From NCBI GenBank assembly GCA_046483045.1, contig JAWODY010000081.1, forward strand, positions 98,666-162,665: DNA of 64,000 nt, given 5' to 3'. A program made the position numbers and the translations under genes. Position 1 is the stretch's first letter. The number at the start of each line of letters is the position of its first letter. Source of the stretch: Anaerolineales bacterium (lineage in GTDB: Bacteria > Chloroflexota > Anaerolineae > Anaerolineales > UBA11858). Positions 45,867 through 57,202 of the stretch are shown in pieces. Under the pieces are notes generated by a model, which saw only the letters and a program-made list of their open reading frames with translations, was not told the origin of the DNA and did not search any database.

Positions 45867-47621
45867 TTAACCAAGCCACCCCTCGGCCAGATCCTGGATG
45901 GACAGCGTGTTTAACACGTCTCCGGGCTCAAGCCATCCCCGGCGGGCCTGATCCACCCCGTAGCGCATATAGGCTAGTTCTTCCACGCGGTGGGCATCGG
46001 TGTTGATCACCACTACAGCCCCTTTCTCTTTGGCCAAACGCACCTGCATGTCGGAGAGGTCAAGGCGGTTGGGCTGGGCGTTGAGCTCCACTGCGACGCC
46101 GTGTTCGGCAGCCGCCTCCAGAACGGCTTCCATGTCGAAAACCATGGGGTTCCGCTCCTGGATTTTTCGCTCCGTGGGGTGGGCCAGGATGTTGACCCGG
46201 GGATGCTCCAGTGCGCGGAGGATGCGCTCGGTCTGATCGGGAGGGGCGAGATCGAGGTGAGAATGGATGGAGGCCACAACCAGGTCCAATTTCTCCAGGG
46301 TCTCCTCATCCATATCCAGGGACCCGTCTTTGAGGATGTCGACCTCCATCCCCCGCAGGATGCGAATCCCCTCATACTTTTCCTCGAGCCGGTTGATTTC
46401 CTCCCACTGATCCCGGGCTTTCCCGGCGTCCAGCCCTTGGGTCATGGCCAGGGACGGCCCGTGGTCGGTGATGGCGAAATATTCATACCCCCGCTCTTGA
46501 CAGCCCTGCAGCATCTCCTCCAGGGAAGTTTTTCCATCAGACCACGTGGAGTGCATCTGCAGGTCCCCACGGATATCCTCCAGGGTGATCAGCCCCGGAA
46601 GTGTTTCCTCCCGGGCAACCTCGATCTCCCCCCGATCCTCCCGCAGCTCGGGCGGGAACCAGGGTAATCCAATCTGATCGTAGATCTCTTCTTCCTTTTC
46701 CCCCGCCAGCCATTCCCCAGCCCAGGGATCATCCTCCTCTCCCTCTTCTTCCTCATTCACAGCGAAGATCCCGTACTCCGAAATGCGTAAATCTTGATCC
46801 ACCGCGATCTTTCGCAGGTGCACATTGTGGGCCTTGGAACCGGTGAAATACAACAAAGCAGCGCCAAAACTTTTCGGCTCCAGAATGCGGAGGTCCACGT
46901 CTATCCCGCTTTCCAGCCGGACCGTACCCCGCGTTTCACCCGCAGCGATCACCTCCGCAACCGGGCCGTACTCTGTGAAATATGTCATGATCTTTTGGGG
47001 ATCTTCGCTGGCGATGGCCAAGATATCGATGTCACCCACCGTTTCCTTGCGGCGCCGGTAGCTTCCGGCTACCTCCAGGCGCTCCAGTCCCGGCGCGTCC
47101 TGCAAGTAATTGGTAAGCGAGCGCACATACTGGTCCGCTTCGGCCAGCAGGGTGCGCTGTTCCAACCCCGTGTAGCGCTCGATCTCCTCCAGTATACTCT
47201 GCTGGGTCTTCTCCCCGAACCCTTCCAGGGCGGCCACATCCCCCTTTTCCGCCGCAGTCTGGAGCTCTTTCAGGTTGCGGATGTCCAGTTCATGCCACAG
47301 CTGCGCGGTGCGCTTCGGCCCCATGCCATCCAGGTTCATGATATCGATCAAACTCTCCGGCACCTCTTCAGCCAGTTCTTCATATTGAGGCATGGTCCCG
47401 GTCTGCGTGATATCCCGGATATGCTCCTGCATGTCCTCACCAATGCCTTGCAGTTCGGTCAAATCTTCGCCCCCTTCCAGAGCAGCATCCATGGGGCGCG
47501 GGAAAGTATTCACCGTCCGGGCCGCATCGCGGTAGGCCCGGACCCGGAACTGGTTCCCCCCTTTGATCTCCAATAAATCCGCAAAACGCTTCAAAACACG
47601 CGCGATCTCTGCATTTTCCAT
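45867..47621 (-). CDS. polX: DNA polymerase/3'-5' exonuclease PolX
   Basis: 584 aa. Pol-beta-like N-terminus with HhH motifs and GSYRRRKETVGDIDIL, plus a C-terminal PHP domain (HSTWSDG, AITDHGPS). Confidence 0.9.
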   Translation of the reverse strand: MENAEIARVLKRFADLLEIKGGNQFRVRAYRDAARTVNTFPRPMDAALEGGEDLTELQGIGEDMQEHIRDITQTGTMPQYEELAEEVPESLIDIMNLDGMGPKRTAQLWHELDIRNLKELQTAAEKGDVAALEGFGEKTQQSILEEIERYTGLEQRTLLAEADQYVRSLTNYLQDAPGLERLEVAGSYRRRKETVGDIDILAIASEDPQKIMTYFTEYGPVAEVIAAGETRGTVRLESGIDVDLRILEPKSFGAALLYFTGSKAHNVHLRKIAVDQDLRISEYGIFAVNEEEEGEEDDPWAGEWLAGEKEEEIYDQIGLPWFPPELREDRGEIEVAREETLPGLITLEDIRGDLQMHSTWSDGKTSLEEMLQGCQERGYEYFAITDHGPSLAMTQGLDAGKARDQWEEINRLEEKYEGIRILRGMEVDILKDGSLDMDEETLEKLDLVVASIHSHLDLAPPDQTERILRALEHPRVNILAHPTERKIQERNPMVFDMEAVLEAAAEHGVAVELNAQPNRLDLSDMQVRLAKEKGAVVVINTDAHRVEELAYMRYGVDQARRGWLEPGDVLNTLSIQDLAEGWLG

Positions 47622-47642
47622 GGCTTTCTCTATCCTCTCCCC

Positions 47643-49670
47643 TTACGCAAAATCCACACCCTTGGAAGACAGCAGCGACTTAAATGCCCCTTCATCCAGG
47701 GTTTCCACTCCCCTTTCCCGGGCTTCGTCGAGCTTAGACCCCGGGTTGTCTCCCACCACCACATAATCGGTGGCCCCGCTCACTGAGGAGGTGGCGCTTC
47801 CACCGTGGCGCTCCACAAGGTCCTGGGCTTCGCTCCGGCTCCATGTCTCCAGGCCGCCAGTGAATACAAACGTCAACCCCTGCAGAGGCTGCTGTTCGGG
47901 GATTTCGGGCTCAATCAGGTCCACCTCATCCAACAGCTCATCCAGCATCTCCTGGGATGCCTGGCCCTGGAAGAAGCCGTGGATGGCCGCCGCCATTTTA
48001 TTGGCAATGCCGGGGACCTCTTCCAAGTCCTCCAGGCTCGCTTCACGCAGGGCATCCAGGGATTGAAAATGATGGGCCAGGTCCCGGGCCACCGTCTGGC
48101 CCACTTCCGGGATGCCCAGTCCATACAAAAAGCGACGCAGCTCCACCTTACGGGCCCCGTCAATGGCTTCAATCAGCTGCCGGGAGGATTTTTCGGCAAA
48201 CCCTTCCAGGGAAAGGACCTCCTCCTCGGTCAGGTCAAAAAGGTCCAGCAGCTTCTCCACCAGGCCCTCCCTGACCAGCAGCTGCGCTGTTTCCTCGCCA
48301 ATCCCCTCAATATCCAGGGCATTCCGGGAGACCAGGTGCTCGATCCGACCCGCGAGCTGGGCCGGGCATCCAAAGCTGTTGGGACAAATCACAAACGGAC
48401 CCCGCCGCTTTAACTCGGATCCGCAGGAAGGACAGACCTCAGGCATCTCAAAGGGCGGCATCCGTTCTTCGTCTTCTTCCTCAATCCGCTCCACAACCTG
48501 GGGGATGACATCCCCCGCCCGCTGCACCCGGACTTTATCTCCCTCACGGATGTCCTTTTTATGCAGCTGCTCGATGTTATATAAACTGGCCCGGCTGATG
48601 GTCACCCCGCCTATCTGCACCGGCCGCAGCATGGCGATAGGGGTGACTATCCCTGTACGGCCCACACTGGGGATGATGCGGTCCACGTGTGTAATTTCCT
48701 TCCGGGGTGGAAATTTAAAGGCAAAGGCCCAGCGCGGATGGTGGGCGGTGCTTCCCAGGTCTTCCCGGGCAGCCAGATCGTTGAGCTTGATCACCACGCC
48801 ATCGATTTCATAATTCAACCGGTCGCGGCGCTCCTCCATATCATCGTGGTACCGGATTACCTCTTCAAAAGAATCCAGGCGTTTGGAGAGGTCGCTGACC
48901 CGGAAGCCCCAGTCCCGCAGGGCTCCCAGCACTTCCCATTGGGAACCCACATCACCGCCCTCCAGGTACAAAATATCATACACGAAAATATCCAATGGGC
49001 GTTGGGCCGTGATGCTTGGATCAAGCTGGCGCAGGGAACCGGCAGCCGCGTTCCGCGGGTTAGCAAAGGGTTCCTTACCCTCGTTGATCAACCTCTGATT
49101 GAGATCTTCAAAATTTTCTATAGAAATCAGGATCTCTCCCCGTACCGCCAGCACGTCCGGCAGGGGCCGGGCCTTGTCCATCAGTCGCAGCGGCACCGAG
49201 CCGACGGTGCGTACATTTTCCGTGATTTCATCTCCCACCTGTCCATCTCCCCGGGTGGCTGCGCGATCCAGGGCCCCGCCTTCATACACCAGTTCCACGG
49301 AAGCTCCGTCGAATTTCGGTTCTGCGACGTACGCCACCTCTCCTTGCTCACCCAGTCCGCGCAGCACGCGGTCATGAAAATCGCGGGCTTCTTTTTCCTG
49401 ATGGCTGGACTGCAGGCTGAGCATGGGCGCGGTGTGTTCCACATCCGGGAGCTCGTCCACCGGGGGAGCGCCCACCCGCTGGGTAGGAGAGTTTTCGGAC
49501 TGGAAATCAGGGAACTGCTCCTCTAACGCCTGGAGCTTTTTAAACAGCTCGTCATATTCAGCATCCGATATCTGCGGCTCATTTTTGACATAATAGAGAT
49601 AGTCATGGTGACGAATTTCTTCGCGCAGATTTTCGATGTGTTCTTTGGCACGCTCACGATCCATGTTCAT
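47643..49670 (-). CDS. ligA: NAD-dependent DNA ligase LigA
   Basis: 675 aa. Adenylation motif EPKFDG, an OB fold, a Cys4 zinc finger (CPSCGSEL...CPNSFGCPAQ), HhH repeats and a C-terminal BRCT domain. The stop is 21 nt upstream of the polX start. Confidence 0.95.
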   Translation of the reverse strand: MNMDRERAKEHIENLREEIRHHDYLYYVKNEPQISDAEYDELFKKLQALEEQFPDFQSENSPTQRVGAPPVDELPDVEHTAPMLSLQSSHQEKEARDFHDRVLRGLGEQGEVAYVAEPKFDGASVELVYEGGALDRAATRGDGQVGDEITENVRTVGSVPLRLMDKARPLPDVLAVRGEILISIENFEDLNQRLINEGKEPFANPRNAAAGSLRQLDPSITAQRPLDIFVYDILYLEGGDVGSQWEVLGALRDWGFRVSDLSKRLDSFEEVIRYHDDMEERRDRLNYEIDGVVIKLNDLAAREDLGSTAHHPRWAFAFKFPPRKEITHVDRIIPSVGRTGIVTPIAMLRPVQIGGVTISRASLYNIEQLHKKDIREGDKVRVQRAGDVIPQVVERIEEEDEERMPPFEMPEVCPSCGSELKRRGPFVICPNSFGCPAQLAGRIEHLVSRNALDIEGIGEETAQLLVREGLVEKLLDLFDLTEEEVLSLEGFAEKSSRQLIEAIDGARKVELRRFLYGLGIPEVGQTVARDLAHHFQSLDALREASLEDLEEVPGIANKMAAAIHGFFQGQASQEMLDELLDEVDLIEPEIPEQQPLQGLTFVFTGGLETWSRSEAQDLVERHGGSATSSVSGATDYVVVGDNPGSKLDEARERGVETLDEGAFKSLLSSKGVDFA

Positions 49671-50022
49671 CCATCCTTTACCCTTCTCACGATTGTGATT
49701 TATCCAACCATCAAAACCATTCCCTCAGCCAGCAGGTACTTATTCCTTGGGGATTTTAGTTTTTCACCTGTAACCTGTATGACGTATTATAAACAACTTC
49801 AAGGGGATCCATTGACAAAAAAATAGCCGCAGGTGTTCCCGTCACTCCTCCGCTGTGATACACTTCAACTGCAAAATCTGAAATGGACATCCCGAACAAA
49901 AGCCAGCCTAACCGCCTTCCGTTTTCAGCTGCGTGGTTACCTGATGTTGGTTTCACATCCTCAGCGCGACCTGAAACCTGGATACAACGAAAAAAGACTC
50001 ACAAGGAAAAGGATTCAGATAT

Positions 50023-50538
50023 ATGAAACACATCCATTTGGACACACAAAGACTTCACCTGCGTTCGATGGTTTCCGATGACCTGGATGAACTTTTAAAT
50101 ATCTTTGGAGATCCCCGGGTGATGGCCTCTTTTAACGAACCTCCATTCACCCGCCAGCAAATGCAGGGTTGGCTGGACCGGAATCTGGCCCATCAAGAAC
50201 GCTGGGGATATGGGCTCTTCGCGGTGATCTTGAAAGCAGAGGAGGTTTTGATCGGCGACTGCGGGCTGGAGCACATGGACCTGGAAGGCGAAGAAGTCAC
50301 TGAGCTGGGATATGACATATGCAGCGCGTATTGGAACCAGGGCTACGCCACGGAAGCGGCCCGCGCCGTGCGCGATTTCGCCTTTCAATCCCTAGACCTT
50401 CCAAAACTGGTCAGCCTGATCCGGGTCGGCAACCAGGCCTCAAAACGGGTGGCGGAAAAGACCGGCATGCACTTTGTAGACGTGATCGAAAGATACGACA
50501 TCGCCTATTGGAAATATGCCATCAACAGGAAAGAATAA
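50023..50538 (+). CDS. GNAT family N-acetyltransferase (RimJ/RimL-like)
   Basis: 171 aa. Typical GNAT core (YGLFAVILKAEEVLIGDCGL...WNQGYATEAARAVRDFAF). Confidence 0.85.
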   Translation: MKHIHLDTQRLHLRSMVSDDLDELLNIFGDPRVMASFNEPPFTRQQMQGWLDRNLAHQERWGYGLFAVILKAEEVLIGDCGLEHMDLEGEEVTELGYDICSAYWNQGYATEAARAVRDFAFQSLDLPKLVSLIRVGNQASKRVAEKTGMHFVDVIERYDIAYWKYAINRKE

Positions 50539-50634
50539 AATCAGACCAGCACGCACGCTGGCACAAATCATCGTCCAAAAAATTCTCCTCATCCGCTTCA
50601 GAGGTCATCCCCCCAGAATGTTATAATTTGAACC

Positions 50635-51786
50635 ATGGAAAATAATACAAGAAAACAAAAAGTAGATCCACAGCGACAACAGAAAGCCAAAGAATACGCC
50701 CGCCTCCGGCGCCGCTTCATGCTCCTGGACCTGGTCCTGGGCACCGCCTTGCTCCTGGCCTGGCTGCTCACCGGCTGGTCAGCAGCCCTGAGGGACTGGG
50801 TTTTCTCCTGGACGGACAGCGCCTGGATAGCCGTGGGGGCTTTTGGGGGGATCTTTGGCGGCGTCTTTTACCTGATCGATTTGCCGTTATCCTACTACAC
50901 GGGATATGTGCTTCCACACCATTACGAATTATCCAATCAGGACCTCAAAGGCTGGATCACCGACCAGCTCAAAGGCCTCCTCTTGGGAGCAGCTCTGGGA
51001 GGACTTCTCTTAGAGGTGGTCTATTTCCTGCTCCGCATTGCGCCCCAGACCTGGTGGCTGTGGACCGGGTTGGTTCTGCTTTTCTTCAGCGTCATCCTTG
51101 CCAATGTAGCGCCTATCCTGATCTTTCCCATCTTTTATGATTTCCAACCCCTGGAAGAGGAACATCAGGACCTCAAACAACGCTTGATCAAACTGGCTGA
51201 GAAAGCCGGCACCGAAGTGAAAGGTGTTTTTAAATTTGATATGAGCCGGCGCACCAAACAGGCCAACGCCGCCCTGACCGGTCTGGGAAACACGCGCCGT
51301 ATCATCCTGGGAGATACGCTGTTAGAGGAATTTTCCGACGACGAAATCGAGACCGTGCTGGCCCACGAGCTGGGCCACCATGTCAACAACGACATCCCCC
51401 TGGGGATCGCGGTGCAGACCATCCTCACCTTTAGCGGCCTTTACCTGGCATCCTTCCTCCTGGACTGGGGCATCGGTTATTTCGGTTTCCAGGGTGTATC
51501 GAATATTGCAGCCCTGCCTCTCTTTGGCCTGGTCATGAGCCTTTACGGTCTGGTCACCATGCCTCTCAGCAACGCCTACAGCCGCTGGCGGGAGCGCATG
51601 GCCGACTGCTACGCCCTCCAGGCCACGGAAAACGGAGAGGCCTACGCCTCCGCCCTGGTGCGCCTGGCTGACCAGAACTTGGCTGAGGCGGACCCCGAAG
51701 CCTGGGTGGAGTTCTTGCTCTATTCCCACCCGGCCCTGCAGAAGAGGATCGACATGGCGCACGATTTCTCAACGGGTAAAGCCTAG
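50635..51786 (+). CDS. M48 family (Ste24/HtpX-like) membrane metalloprotease
   Basis: 383 aa. Several TM segments and a HELGHH zinc motif. Confidence 0.85.
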   Translation: MENNTRKQKVDPQRQQKAKEYARLRRRFMLLDLVLGTALLLAWLLTGWSAALRDWVFSWTDSAWIAVGAFGGIFGGVFYLIDLPLSYYTGYVLPHHYELSNQDLKGWITDQLKGLLLGAALGGLLLEVVYFLLRIAPQTWWLWTGLVLLFFSVILANVAPILIFPIFYDFQPLEEEHQDLKQRLIKLAEKAGTEVKGVFKFDMSRRTKQANAALTGLGNTRRIILGDTLLEEFSDDEIETVLAHELGHHVNNDIPLGIAVQTILTFSGLYLASFLLDWGIGYFGFQGVSNIAALPLFGLVMSLYGLVTMPLSNAYSRWRERMADCYALQATENGEAYASALVRLADQNLAEADPEAWVEFLLYSHPALQKRIDMAHDFSTGKA

Positions 51787-51807
51787 GTCCCTTTTTTATA
51801 CCAGGGG

Positions 51808-52603
51808 ATGAACATGAAAATACATCACCTGAACTGTGAGACCCTCCACGCACCCTTTGTCCACATCGACTCCCTGGTCTACTGCCTGCTGGTGGAATCC
51901 GGCAGCCGGTTGGTGCTGGTGGATACCGGCTTCGGCTTGAGGGATTACACCCAACCCACCCCAAAAACGCGTTTTTTCTGCACTACATGGGCGTCCCCCG
52001 AGACTCGGCGGAGACTGCCCTGCACCAGATCAGAGCGTTTGGATACCAGGCAGATGACGTGACCGATATCATCTGCACCCACCTGCATATCGACCACGCC
52101 GGGGGACTGTCCGACTTTCCCCGGGCGAACGTTCACATTTATGAGAAAGAATACTTGGCCGCTCAAAAGCCCCGGGGGATGATGGGATTTGCTTATGTTC
52201 AATCCCAATGGGCGCACGGCCCGCATTGGGTCTCCCATGAGCTGGGGGATGGAACTTGGTTCGGCCTGGACGCCATCCAGGTCCTAGCCACCCCGGAAGC
52301 ATTATTCTATCTGCTACCCCTGCCCGGTCACACCCCGGTCCCTGCGGGGCAGCCATCGGCAGCACAGGAAACTGGCTGCTGCACTGCGGGGATGCAGCCT
52401 CTCCTTTTCACCCCCTGACGGATCTGCATGACCGGGGCCCTGACGCTTACCGTTTATCCTTCTTTCCCAGGAAAATTACGGAAGGGTTGGCCGGCCCCCA
52501 CGCCTCGCGCCTGAAAGCGCTCTTGACCGAGCATGCCAGGGAGATCCGCGGGATCAGCTCACATGATATTTTCAGCTTCAAAGAATATCGCCAGACGCAT
52601 TAA
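51808..52603 (+). pseudogene. MBL-fold metallo-hydrolase split into three frames (two -1 lesions, or assembly errors)
   Basis: Three pieces are visible. Piece 1: MKIHHLNCETL...VLVDTGFG (frame 1). Piece 2: LHYMGVPRDS...THLHIDHAGG...LPLPGHTP (frame 2). Piece 3: G.CGAAIG...NWLLHCGDA...SFKEYRQTH (frame 3). The shifts map to the A5/T6 runs at 51963-51977 and the GG at 52337-52338. Confidence 0.75.
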
Positions 52604-52773
52604 CTTGACAATGTTAAATTAGCACGGATGTTCGACTATATTGAGGCAAAAAGTAAACAACATGGGTAAAAGCTCTGCTTCTAGTCAGGAAATTTTAGGA
52701 TCAAAGAGGCTGGAAAAATTCTTCTTTAGCCTAAACTTAGAACATATGTTTTAATCTAACATTGTCAAGTTAA
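52600..52773. repeat. 174-bp TIR-bounded element, copy B
   Basis: Begins TTAACTTGACAATGTTAAATTAGCACGGATGTTC and ends GAACATATGTTTTAATCTAACATTGTCAAGTTAA. It is the reverse-complement homolog of 32422-32594. It sits between the MBL stop codon and the clpC terminator. Confidence 0.85.
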
Positions 52774-52795
52774 AGGCATTTTTAATTAACAAAAA

Positions 52796-52825
52796 ACAGC
52801 GTGCTGACAAAAATCAGCACGCTGT
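52796..52825 (-). terminator. rho-independent terminator of clpC
   Basis: Perfect 12-bp stem ACAGCGTGCTGA/TCAGCACGCTGT with a 6-nt loop, followed by T6 on the minus strand. Confidence 0.85.
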
Positions 52826-52847
52826 TGTGATTTCCTGATCAGGGACC

Positions 52848-55373
<2,526 letters not shown>

Positions 55374-55639
55374 ACTAGCCAAAATGCAACCTCCTGCAAC
55401 AACTCGGGGGTTCCCCCGAATTTCAGTTGCGATTGTAATAGAGAGAATTCTTGCTTACTGGTAAAAACATTCTACCAAAGAAAGCCCTCAAATATTAGGC
55501 CAGTGCCTTTTTTAATAAAAATATAATAAATATTCCTTCCCGGGTCTTACAATTTTGTATGCAGTACGTGCATCCTTTCACAAAACCCCCAGGACAGAAA
55601 AAAAGCGCACCTGGTTAGGGTGCGCTGTCTGCTACAGGG

Positions 55640-57025
55640 TCATTCCTCATCGTCAGGAGGGGCTTCGCTCCCCTTTTCTGATTCCCCCTCATCAGGAGGC
55701 TGATCTCCCTTGGCCTCCTCTTTTCCATCTCCAGAAAGCGCCTCTTCCCCGACCCCCTTCTCATCATCTTCCATGGGTTCCTCTTCCTCGCTGATTCCCA
55801 TTTCTTCCAGTCCCCCTTCCTCTTCGAACTCCTCCTGAATCTTTTCATAGTCATAAGAGGCAAATTCATCCGAATCAACTTTCTCCAAACTAAGGCCGAT
55901 TCTATGCCGTTCTTTATCAAGATTGATCACCCTTAATGTCAACTCTTCATCCACGCTGACCACTTCGGATGGATGCCCCACACGCTGCGCGCTCAGCTCT
56001 GAGATATGGATCAGCCCTTCCAATTCCGTGCCGCTGATGCGGGCAAAGGCCCCAAAATCCGTCAAATTAGTGATCGTCGCCTGCACAAGCTGACCCTCTT
56101 CCACGTCCTGGATCTTCTCTTTCCAGGGGTCATCCTCTAACCTGCGTAAAGAAAGGCCGATGCGCCGTTTCTCTTCATCCAGGCTGATGACTTCCACCTC
56201 CACTTCCTGGCCCACTTTAACCACATCCCGGGGGTGATCCACATGTTCCCAGGAAAGCTCCGAGAGGTGAACAAGGCCATCCACCCCTTGAATATTCACA
56301 AAGGCGCCAAAATCTGCCAGGCTGCTGACATATCCTGTGACATGGTCCCCCACCGCCAGGTCATCAATAAGCTGTTCTTTGATCGCTTCCCGTGTCTCTC
56401 CAATGGCATCCCGTTCTGAGAGGATCAAACGCTGCCGCTCGCGCTCTACTTCAATCACCGTCAATGTGATGGGTTCGCCAACTGCATTCTCCCAGCGGTC
56501 TTCTGGAGTTGCCCCTTCTTGTTCTCGAAACACGCTGACCAGAGAGCCGGGCACAAATCCCTGTAATTGGCCTACAGGGACGAGCAGCCCGCCTTTGTTA
56601 TATCCCTCTACAATGGTTTCCAAGGTTTCTCCACTCTCCAGCATCTCCTCCACTCGCTGCCAATCCTTTTCTTCTTGGGCGCGCGTGTAGGACAGGACGA
56701 CATTGCCGTTGGGATCTTCGGGCTCGACGATGTAGACGGAGATTACGTCTCCGACTTCAAACGTTTGTAGCGTGTCTTGATCGATTTTATCCAATTCGTA
56801 ACCGGCAATGATCCCATCTGCTTTCGATTTCACATCGATGAGAATTTCATGCTTTGTGATGGATGTGATCTCCCCATTCCGGATTTCTCCTTTTTGGGGG
56901 ATGGAGGCCAGGCCCAGCCCTTCCTGGGCGAGGAGGGTTTCCATATCAAGCGCTTCTTCACGGGCTGTATCATTCGCTGGGACCACGACTTCTTCCCTTT
57001 CTTGTTCTTGGTTTTCTTCCATCAT
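55640..57025 (-). CDS. rpsA: 30S ribosomal protein S1-like protein (four S1 domains) with acidic tail
   Basis: Four S1/OB repeats are present (for example GDHVTGYVSSLADFGAFVNI and GQLVQATITNLTDFGAFARI). About 85 C-terminal residues are rich in Glu/Asp/Gly. The start is set at MMEENQ. Confidence 0.8.
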   Translation of the reverse strand: MMEENQEQEREEVVVPANDTAREEALDMETLLAQEGLGLASIPQKGEIRNGEITSITKHEILIDVKSKADGIIAGYELDKIDQDTLQTFEVGDVISVYIVEPEDPNGNVVLSYTRAQEEKDWQRVEEMLESGETLETIVEGYNKGGLLVPVGQLQGFVPGSLVSVFREQEGATPEDRWENAVGEPITLTVIEVERERQRLILSERDAIGETREAIKEQLIDDLAVGDHVTGYVSSLADFGAFVNIQGVDGLVHLSELSWEHVDHPRDVVKVGQEVEVEVISLDEEKRRIGLSLRRLEDDPWKEKIQDVEEGQLVQATITNLTDFGAFARISGTELEGLIHISELSAQRVGHPSEVVSVDEELTLRVINLDKERHRIGLSLEKVDSDEFASYDYEKIQEEFEEEGGLEEMGISEEEEPMEDDEKGVGEEALSGDGKEEAKGDQPPDEGESEKGSEAPPDDEE

Positions 57026-57062
57026 AAAATGCTCTACTCCCTGGGGGTGAAAGGATGTGGCA

Positions 57063-57091
57063 ATTATACAGTGCAAATTTCAACTTGGCAA
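57063..57091 (-). promoter_or_regulatory. putative S1 gene promoter
   Basis: Minus strand: TTGCCA (57091-57086), 17-nt spacer, TATAAT (57068-57063). Confidence 0.6.
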
Positions 57092-57202
57092 CCTTTATGG
57101 TAAGATAGTCACGGGCAAAAAAAATTACCGGAAAAACAATTTTTTTACCAGGTAGCGTTCCATCTGGTCTTTACACGTATCTTTCTCAAAAAAAGGTAGA
57201 AC

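Noticed and set aside
49671-50022. 352-bp ligA/GNAT divergent intergenic region containing a TTGACA word and scattered short stems, considered as an sRNA locus
   Set aside because: No convincing -10 partner, terminator or conserved-looking structure. The evidence is insufficient.
52662-52754. 30-codon ORF inside repeat copy B, considered as a type I toxin or small-protein gene
   Set aside because: The homologous frame in copy A (minus strand from 32533) has an in-frame TGA at codon 10. Between copies there are 2 synonymous against 12 non-synonymous codon changes. There is no Shine-Dalgarno sequence and no hydrophobic segment. I keep it only as a caveat under the element findings.
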